Assembly (NCBI GenBank): GCA_000999715.1
Contig: LCGL01000003.1
Location: 26,942-90,941, forward strand
Source: Candidatus Falkowbacteria bacterium GW2011_GWF2_43_32
GTDB taxonomy: Bacteria; Patescibacteriota; Patescibacteriia; Patescibacteriales; UBA12465
Direction of reading: 5' to 3'
Length of the DNA: 64,000 nucleotides
This document shows, piece after piece, positions 57,020 to 64,000 of this stretch. The notes under the pieces were generated by a model. That model worked only from the letters and a program-made list of their open reading frames with translations. It searched no databases and was not told the DNA's origin. Every line of letters begins with the position of its first letter. Positions within the stretch are counted from its first letter, which is position 1. The position numbers were made by a program, and so were the translations under genes.

Positions 57020-57691
57020 CTAATCGAGCAAGGTAATAAAAGCGTCTTCGGACGGCGCCAACGGCAAATGACCGACATCGTTGATATAACTTATTTTGAT
57101 ATAACCGTTGCGGTCAATGATAAATTTGCTGATTGACGACTGAAAAATCTCCAAAGACAGAAAACCGATGATATCGGCATTCAAAATGCCGGTGATAAGT
57201 GCTTTGATAAAATTTCCGTGCGAAAAAATCATGATTCTTTTTCCGCGATTGTCGCGAAACAAATCGGCCAACGCCCGCCGGGCGACAACCTGCATCTTAT
57301 CCAATTCCCTATCCAAGAGACGATGATTTTTCAATTTATTTTTTCGAGTCTTCTCCGACATGTTAAAATATTTTATCTTATGCCAATGCGTCCAATCAAT
57401 TTCATCCAAGCGCTGATCGATCAACAACTTCTTGCCCGACCGACGAACATACTCCGCCGCGGTTTCTTGCGCTCGCCGCAAACCGCTGGCATAAATGCTG
57501 TCCAGTTTCATGGTCAATAACCTTTTGGTCAAGTGCTTCCGCTGTTCCCGCCCGAAACGGGAAAGCGGCATATTATATTCTCCCACTTTTTTTTCCACCG
57601 TATAGTCGGGGTGGCAGTGCCGCACCAGGAAAACTTCCGTATAAGGTTTCTTGATCGGCGGCTTGATTTTGACGTAAGGATTTTTATACAT
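57020..57691 (-). CDS. Histidine phosphatase family protein
   Basis: LVRHC, SGLRRAQET, FSHG motifs. Confidence 0.8.
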   Translation of the reverse strand: MYKNPYVKIKPPIKKPYTEVFLVRHCHPDYTVEKKVGEYNMPLSRFGREQRKHLTKRLLTMKLDSIYASGLRRAQETAAEYVRRSGKKLLIDQRLDEIDWTHWHKIKYFNMSEKTRKNKLKNHRLLDRELDKMQVVARRALADLFRDNRGKRIMIFSHGNFIKALITGILNADIIGFLSLEIFQSSISKFIIDRNGYIKISYINDVGHLPLAPSEDAFITLLD

Positions 57692-57731
57692 AAACCGATG
57701 ATTTAAAGAATAAACCGCTGGCGTCGACAAC

Positions 57732-58343
57732 TTATAAATTCTTCTCGATAAAATTCCAATTTACCAAATTTCGCAAGATCGCGTCCGCAAAATCCGCCCG
57801 ACGATTTTGATAATCAAGATAATAAGAGTGCTCCCAAATATCCAAAGCCCATAAGGGTCGGAGGCCATGCGCCGCCGGCGTATCGGCATTAACGGTGGTT
57901 ATAATCTTGAGCGACGCTCCGGCGCCGGCCTCGCTTACGCCGTCTTGCACCAACCAGGCCCAGCCACTGCCAAAATGTCCGGCCACGGCAGTTTTAAAAG
58001 CGTCAATGAAATTATCCCGAGAACCGAAGGAAGCGTTAAGTGCCGCCGACAATTTTGACGTCGGTTCCGCCACGACATCCGCCGGGCGCAAACTCTGCCA
58101 AAAAAAATCATGATTATAAACCTGAGCGGCATTATTGAAAATTCCGCTCTGGGCGGGATTGCCAACGGTCTTTAAAATAATATCCGTCAAGGAAAGCGCC
58201 GCCAATTCGGTCCCGGCCACCAATTTATTCAAATTATCGACATAGGTTTGATGATGCTTGCCGTAATGAAAATCTAAAGTTTTGGCGGACATGTGCGGCT
58301 CCAGAGCTTCTCTGGCAAAAGGTAAAGGAGATAAAGTAAACAT
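57732..58343 (-). CDS. sodB: Fe/Mn superoxide dismutase
   Basis: HYGKHH, NNAAQVYNH, DIWEHSYY (Fe-type AAQ). Confidence 0.9.
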   Translation of the reverse strand: MFTLSPLPFAREALEPHMSAKTLDFHYGKHHQTYVDNLNKLVAGTELAALSLTDIILKTVGNPAQSGIFNNAAQVYNHDFFWQSLRPADVVAEPTSKLSAALNASFGSRDNFIDAFKTAVAGHFGSGWAWLVQDGVSEAGAGASLKIITTVNADTPAAHGLRPLWALDIWEHSYYLDYQNRRADFADAILRNLVNWNFIEKNL

Positions 58344-58458
58344 ATTATTAAAAATTAATGAATAATTGATATTATAACAAAAAAACCAAATTATTCCTAA
58401 CGAATACCGCCTCCGCCAACCGACGACCGAACGATTGAATTATGTCCGGTTATCGACA

Positions 58459-58487
58459 TTGACAATTTATTTGGAAAGTTATAAATT
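58459..58487 (+). promoter_or_regulatory. sigma70 promoter of orphan gene
   Basis: TTGACA-17-TAAATT. Confidence 0.6.
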
Positions 58488-58529
58488 AATTGAATATCTA
58501 ACCGTTCATTAACAAGAAAGGAGCTTATT

Positions 58530-59600
58530 ATGAAGATACTGCTTTATTGCCCGGAAGAGTTTGAATTACTTTTCCCTATCGCCGTCATCTCTAAAAAATT
58601 CATTAATCAGTCATTATTTGTCATCACGATTACGCCGACAGGATTGAGTCATCCGGATTTTTGGTCAAAGGTTTCGCATCGGATAATAACGGCCGTTCAG
58701 CAAGCCGCTTACAGAGACAAGTCCGACAAGAATTCGCTGAACGATCGCGCCATTAAGCAAAGAATAAACGATGCCGATCTTTATCTGCTGGGCATCGATC
58801 CCGAGAATGATCAAGAAGCCGTCGATTTGCTTGATTTTTTCGATCAAAACGAAAATCGCATCAAGCTCTGGATAGACAATCATGATTGGTGGGCCAATGA
58901 ACTGCACTACGTTCATCATAAAATTACCAAGCTGAACAAACGACAAAGCTACTTGGACATATTGAAACGGCGCGGATATCCGGTGCCGAACTCTTGGCTG
59001 GAATTGAACGCCTTAATGACCTCGCCGCACAGGTTAGTTCAGACTAAATCCGATATGAATTTTCTGAAAATTATTCGCCTGCAGAGAGCTTTCAGGGTCA
59101 GCTTGATAATCAGTCGAAATTTAGAAAACAATTATTTCAATCCGATATTTTTGCAGGCGGTGGAAGAATTGATTCACGGTCAGCCTAAGTCAGAAATTGA
59201 CACGCTTTACAATTTGTGCGCCAAAATGCAAAAAATAACCGAGGAAGCCAAAAAGAAATTTACTTGGCGACCGGTACATTTTCCCCTTGCCCTTAAAAAC
59301 GGCATTAAAATCGCTTGTTGCGATTTGGGAAGCACGGAAGACTATTTTGATGCCCCAACCTTGATCGAGTATGCCAACAAACTCTCTCCCAATTGCGTGA
59401 TTTATTTTACGATTCAAGGCAATCCCCATCTGTTCTTAAAAACGGAACATGACGATATTACGGTCCAAGAAATTGCCGAGTTTTATCCGGAATTCCAAAT
59501 CAAAGCGAATAAAATTCAAATCTTGCGTATAATAGACGGAGAATTGATTTTTCATAAAAAGCGCCGCGATCGGGAAAAAAATGAAAACAAAAACAATTAG
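58530..59600 (+). CDS. Orphan cytoplasmic protein (possible degenerate DHH fold)
   Basis: 356-aa ORF with own promoter and AGGAG SD; KLWIDNH resembles WIDHH. Confidence 0.6.
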   Translation: MKILLYCPEEFELLFPIAVISKKFINQSLFVITITPTGLSHPDFWSKVSHRIITAVQQAAYRDKSDKNSLNDRAIKQRINDADLYLLGIDPENDQEAVDLLDFFDQNENRIKLWIDNHDWWANELHYVHHKITKLNKRQSYLDILKRRGYPVPNSWLELNALMTSPHRLVQTKSDMNFLKIIRLQRAFRVSLIISRNLENNYFNPIFLQAVEELIHGQPKSEIDTLYNLCAKMQKITEEAKKKFTWRPVHFPLALKNGIKIACCDLGSTEDYFDAPTLIEYANKLSPNCVIYFTIQGNPHLFLKTEHDDITVQEIAEFYPEFQIKANKIQILRIIDGELIFHKKRRDREKNENKNN

Positions 59601-59628
59601 AAGGACGGAAATGTCTTTCTCAAAAAGC

Positions 59629-60645
59629 TTAACCGCTTGGGTTAAGCTTTTTTAATTTTCCCCGCAATTGCCCGCAGGCCGCACCGATAGCCGCGCCGAA
59701 ACTGAGACGCACGGTCGCCGGCACTCCTTGCTTGTCCAAAATTTTCTTAAAAGCGTCAATCCTGGCGCGATCAGAAGGGCGAAACTTGCCGGTCGCGTTA
59801 TAAGGAATCAAATTAACCAAATACAAAGGCTTCTTCATTAATTCCGCAAGTTCCTCGGCTTCCTGGTCGCGATCGTTCACGCCTTTAATCATCAAATATT
59901 CAAACATTACCCGACGTCCGGTTTTTCGAATATAATCGTCCACCGCTCGGAAGATTTCCCGCAAGGGATATTTTTGCGCCACCGGAATCAAATCGCGGCG
60001 CAGAGCGTCATTGGGAGCATGCAAGGATATCGCCAAATTCATTTGAATTTTTTCGCCGCTCAAGCGCTTGATGCCCTCGGTCAAGCCGACGGTAGAAACC
60101 GACAAACGACGCGCACCGATGTTCAAAGTTTCCGGATTGTTCAAAAACTTCACCGCTTTGATAAATTCGGCATAATTCAGAAAGGGCTCGCCCATGCCCA
60201 TGATTAAAAATCGCGCCCAAAAAATCACCTGTTCCACAATTTCTTCGGCCGTCAAATTACGCCGAAAACCGGCGGCGCCGGTGGCGCAAAAAGCGCAACC
60301 GAGCGGACAACCGACCTGGGAAGAAACACAGACCGTATTGCGCCCCGAAACATCCGGACTCGCTTTGCTTTGAGAACCGTGCTGACGAATCAAAACCGTT
60401 TCAATCGCCTCGCCGTCGGCTAAAGTAATCAAAGCTTTAATACTGCGCGAGTCGCCGGCAGTTTTAAAAACTTGCGCCTCAATTTCCAAAGGACAAGCGG
60501 CCGTCAATTTATCGCGTAAATTTTTGGGTAAATTGGAAGCCTCGTCCCAAGCGGAAATGTAATCTTGAAATAAAGCTTTATTGATCTGGGCATAACGAAA
60601 TTTCGGCTCCGCGGCCAAAACGCTTGATAATTCGGCAAGGTTCAT
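59629..60645 (-). CDS. rlmN: 23S rRNA m2A2503 methyltransferase (short internal deletion)
   Basis: CVSSQVGCPLGCAFC, MGMGEP, ISLHA, AACGQL. Confidence 0.9.
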   Translation of the reverse strand: MNLAELSSVLAAEPKFRYAQINKALFQDYISAWDEASNLPKNLRDKLTAACPLEIEAQVFKTAGDSRSIKALITLADGEAIETVLIRQHGSQSKASPDVSGRNTVCVSSQVGCPLGCAFCATGAAGFRRNLTAEEIVEQVIFWARFLIMGMGEPFLNYAEFIKAVKFLNNPETLNIGARRLSVSTVGLTEGIKRLSGEKIQMNLAISLHAPNDALRRDLIPVAQKYPLREIFRAVDDYIRKTGRRVMFEYLMIKGVNDRDQEAEELAELMKKPLYLVNLIPYNATGKFRPSDRARIDAFKKILDKQGVPATVRLSFGAAIGAACGQLRGKLKKLNPSG

Positions 60646-60679
60646 ATTATTGAAATTAAGCAAACTGTTTATTTATAAA

Positions 60680-61789
60680 TCATTTTTTTCGCCAAGTGAT
60701 TTTAACGATTTCCCCTCTGGCGGCCGTGCGCATCGGCGGTCCCCAGGTACCGACGCCACCGTTGACGATCAAGGAAAAATCACCGGCCCGGAACAGACCA
60801 TAACCATAGCCCCGATGCGCCCATTTGGCAAGCAGGTTGAAAGGAAACAACTGACCGTCGTGAGTATGGCCGGAAAGCTGTAGATCTATGTCGGCTTTCC
60901 GGGCTAAAGCGATATTTTTCGGCGCATGGAATAAAAGGACGCTCGGTTTTTTCCGATCGTAACCGACTTGACGTAAAATCGTGTCCTCCAAATCAAAATC
61001 GCGATTAAAAGAATAATTGATGCCAATAATCTGCAAACCGTCTACGATCGTCAACTTATTGTCCAAAATTTTAATCGGTCCGTCTTTTAACAAAGCGGAC
61101 ACATAATCAAGGCCCAAATACAAATCATGATTGCCGAAGCTGTAATAAATGCCACGCGGCGCATGCAGATTTTGCAAAGGATGATGGAGCCAGCGAAAAT
61201 CGGCTTCCATGCCGTCAAACAAATCACCGGTAATGAAGATCGCTTCCGGGTTCAAATTATTGAGACGTTTAACCAAACGCGACAAGAAATGCTGACGATA
61301 AATCGGACCGAGATGAACATCGGAAATCTGCGCAACCGATTTCCCTTCCCAGGCGGCCGGCAAATCTTTAATCCGCACTTCATATTCCTGCACCCGCGGC
61401 GACCAAGCGCGCCAGACGCCGACCAGCGACAAGACGACGCCACCGCTCAAAAAAATAATTTTCAAATATAAAGACGGAAAAACAAAACCGTAAAAACTGC
61501 CGATTAAACGAACGCAGACAATCAGACCGGCCATCACGCCGAAATTAACCAATAAACCCACCCAGGAAAGCGCCAAAATATAATACCAGCGAGTGAATAA
61601 ATTATCGCGTTGATGTATCAAATAAGAAGACAAGACCACGCTCGCGAATAAAAAAATCGTAACACCGGCCGCGATTATCCGACCCGACGCGACGTTGAGA
61701 TAAAAAAAATTGACGATAATATACCAGAACAAAATGTGCCCGGCCAAAAGCACCAAGCCGGACAGGGCAAAGAAAAATAATTGCATCAT
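60680..61789 (-). CDS. Membrane metallophosphoesterase (YkuE-like)
   Basis: TM segments plus SDVH, TGD, GNHD, SGHTHDGQ. Confidence 0.9.
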   Translation of the reverse strand: MMQLFFFALSGLVLLAGHILFWYIIVNFFYLNVASGRIIAAGVTIFLFASVVLSSYLIHQRDNLFTRWYYILALSWVGLLVNFGVMAGLIVCVRLIGSFYGFVFPSLYLKIIFLSGGVVLSLVGVWRAWSPRVQEYEVRIKDLPAAWEGKSVAQISDVHLGPIYRQHFLSRLVKRLNNLNPEAIFITGDLFDGMEADFRWLHHPLQNLHAPRGIYYSFGNHDLYLGLDYVSALLKDGPIKILDNKLTIVDGLQIIGINYSFNRDFDLEDTILRQVGYDRKKPSVLLFHAPKNIALARKADIDLQLSGHTHDGQLFPFNLLAKWAHRGYGYGLFRAGDFSLIVNGGVGTWGPPMRTAARGEIVKITWRKK

Positions 61790-61829
61790 ATATAAATTCC
61801 TTTAAATTTTTAACACTTATCACCATTCA

Positions 61830-62945
61830 TCACCGCGACCGATATATTTCCTTGAGCCAAATCTGATAAAATTCCAAATTGTTCAAACTGGCCAGTCTTT
61901 GTCCCAAGGGATCGTTCAGACGAAAAAGATGATGCAGATAAGCACGCGAAGTTTTTTTCAATTCCGGCAAACTACTGGCGGCGTTAATCGGCCGCCAATC
62001 GGCGGCAAAACGCGCATTATTGATATTGAGACTGTCATACTTCAAGCCCGCCGCGTTTTTTCCGGACGATAACAAAAACAATTTCCCGTGTCGCCCTTCC
62101 CGCGTCGGAATGACGCAATCAAACATATCCCAGCCCATACTCGCACAACGCATAATATCCCGAGGCGTGCCGATGCCAAGCGCAAATCGCCAAGCGTCCG
62201 GCGGAATAAATTCCGCCGTTCGGCGCAAAACTTGATCCAAAAACTTTCCCGCCTTATCGACCGGGCGCGCTCCGAAACCGTAACCGTCAAAACCGATTTT
62301 AACCAGTTCTCGGGTGCAATATTCCCGCAAATCTATTTCCGCTCCGCCCTGGATAACCGCGAAAAGGAGCGGACGTTTTCGGCCGCTTAATTTCCGTTTC
62401 TTTATTTGTTTCAAATATTCGATTTTACATCTTTTCGCCCAGGCGATCGTCCGCGCTACCGCTTTTTCCAAATCGCCGCGGGAAAACTCGTTCGGCGGAC
62501 AATCGTCCAAACAAACCATCATATCCGTTCCCAAAACAAACTGAATTTGAATGGATTTTTCCGGCGTCAATTCTTGCCGGGAACCGTCTAAAGGCGAACG
62601 AAAAATAACTTTGTCGTCAGTAATCTTGCCCGCTCGCGGATTGCGATGAATCAGGGAAAAAACCTGATAACCGCCGGAGTCCGACAAAAGCGGCCCGGAC
62701 CAATCCATAAATTTATGAAGGCCGCCGGCTTTTTTGATCAAATCCAAACCCGGCTGTAAATATAGATGAAAAGTATTGACCACCAAGGCCGCCGTCCCGG
62801 TCCGACGCACCGCTTCATTGTCCGTCAATTTTACAAACCCGCGCGTCGCGTCCGGCATGAAAAATGGCGTCAGTAAAGAACCGTGCGCCGTCCGCAAAAG
62901 ACCGCGACGCGATTTTGATTTATTTGTCCGAGATATTTTTGGCAT
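61830..62945 (-). CDS. tgt: tRNA-guanine transglycosylase (divergent)
   Basis: NTFHL, DSGGYQVFSL, DMFDCVIPTR; Zn ligands absent. Confidence 0.88.
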   Translation of the reverse strand: MPKISRTNKSKSRRGLLRTAHGSLLTPFFMPDATRGFVKLTDNEAVRRTGTAALVVNTFHLYLQPGLDLIKKAGGLHKFMDWSGPLLSDSGGYQVFSLIHRNPRAGKITDDKVIFRSPLDGSRQELTPEKSIQIQFVLGTDMMVCLDDCPPNEFSRGDLEKAVARTIAWAKRCKIEYLKQIKKRKLSGRKRPLLFAVIQGGAEIDLREYCTRELVKIGFDGYGFGARPVDKAGKFLDQVLRRTAEFIPPDAWRFALGIGTPRDIMRCASMGWDMFDCVIPTREGRHGKLFLLSSGKNAAGLKYDSLNINNARFAADWRPINAASSLPELKKTSRAYLHHLFRLNDPLGQRLASLNNLEFYQIWLKEIYRSR

Positions 62946-62966
62946 AAACTAGCTGTCTTCGGCAAC

Positions 62967-63995
62967 TTATTGCACCCGACCGGAATTATTCAAACCGGCA
63001 ATTTCGTCATCTTCCAATTTAGTCGTTTTCGGAGCGGTTTTCAACGTGATGACATCTTTGGTTTCCGTATCCGTCGCGCTCACCGTCGAGCCGGGCGATA
63101 ACACCAGAATTTTATCCCGATCCGCCTCGGTCGGCGCAATGCTGATATTAAATTCGGCGTCGGCGCGATACACCGAAACCGGCAACCTCCCTATTTCCCA
63201 AATTACCTGACGGCCGGCGGCGTCATAATACAAACTGCCGACATTGGTATTGTTTTTTTCATCCCAGGAAACATAGCTCGGCAAATTGAAAACGACGCGC
63301 GTATCGGCCAATTCATGCAAATTGTTTTCCACCACCCAATAAACGCGAACGCTGGTTTTTTCTCCGACACGAGGCGGCAACGAACCCGATCCGACCGGCA
63401 AATTGTCATCGTTGAAATAAAGAATGCGCTCGCTTAATTTCAAATCGCTGTTAATGCGGCTGATAATCGTATTGCTTTTATTGTCCTGTCCTTTGATGGC
63501 TTGGTTATTCATGCTGTACTGACCGTAAGAAATCACCTCCAGCTTTTTACCGAAATCGCTGTCCCGGAAAGGCTGTAAATCAAGCCGGAAGTTAATCGCC
63601 CCCTCTTGCCCCGGTTTTATCTCCGCCAATTCCGGAATTTCATTTTTTGTCCAAAGAATCGATTTATTCTGCACTTGTCCCTGCCCTTCATCCTGCAAAG
63701 AACTCCAATTTAAAAATTCACCGCTCAGCGCCGCCATGATCACCACGTCTTTATACGCGCTATCGCCGCGATTGGAATAAGTCAAAGAATAATTTAAGGG
63801 CTGGCCGAAAGTGACGGCGCCGTCGTTTTTAGAACCGTTCAAAAACAAAGTGAGATTCAAATCGCTGGCCACCAATTCCGGAGAAATGGTTTTTTCCCAA
63901 AATACATAGGCTTGACCGTCGTCCAATTTCTTTTCCAACCGCACTTTCACCGCCAAATTATCCGATTTTTGCTTGATACGATAAACGAGCGGCAC
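62967..63995 (-). CDS. Ig-like (DUF11-like) hypothetical protein, 5'-truncated
   Basis: YSLTYSNRG, GSLPPRVGE..VYW; open to the window edge. Confidence 0.65.
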   Translation of the reverse strand: MPLVYRIKQKSDNLAVKVRLEKKLDDGQAYVFWEKTISPELVASDLNLTLFLNGSKNDGAVTFGQPLNYSLTYSNRGDSAYKDVVIMAALSGEFLNWSSLQDEGQGQVQNKSILWTKNEIPELAEIKPGQEGAINFRLDLQPFRDSDFGKKLEVISYGQYSMNNQAIKGQDNKSNTIISRINSDLKLSERILYFNDDNLPVGSGSLPPRVGEKTSVRVYWVVENNLHELADTRVVFNLPSYVSWDEKNNTNVGSLYYDAAGRQVIWEIGRLPVSVYRADAEFNISIAPTEADRDKILVLSPGSTVSATDTETKDVITLKTAPKTTKLEDDEIAGLNNSGRVQ

Positions 63996-64000
63996 TTGCT

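Overview
Chromosomal window from a small-genome bacterium, most likely Patescibacteria/CPR (Parcubacteria/ABY1, Falkowbacteria-like). This assignment is an inference from gene content, mostly SD-less starts and CPR-typical hypothetical families. Genetic code 11. From about 12.6 to 64 kb it is mostly housekeeping: gltX, xer, ftsQ, alr, serS, dnaX, rpmA, pyrG, metG, rsmI, secE-nusG-rplK-rplA, iscS/U, cca, gap, tsf-rpsB, sod, rlmN and tgt, plus an [FeFe]-hydrogenase/NuoF-like pair. The standout is a 9.5-kb island (3094-12549) of eight orphan envelope-protein genes inside a surface-glycan locus. Their proteins carry three Bacteroidota-type maturation signatures: Gln at +1 after signal peptidase I, lipoboxes followed by acidic surface-export-like motifs, and many D-[ST]-[AILMTV] O-glycosylation sequons. 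Two are probable outer-membrane beta-barrels. The genes are driven by the resident genome's own sigma70 promoters, which suggests a possible set of host-addressed envelope or effector proteins in an episymbiont. Other notable items are a TagA-RppH(Nudix) fusion, a dif-derived palindrome upstream of xer, a Tgt lacking all Zn ligands, a structured leader on an RRM gene, two unannotated small genes, and two short deletions that may be assembly artefacts. No tRNA, rRNA, CRISPR or IS element was seen. All counts were made by hand.
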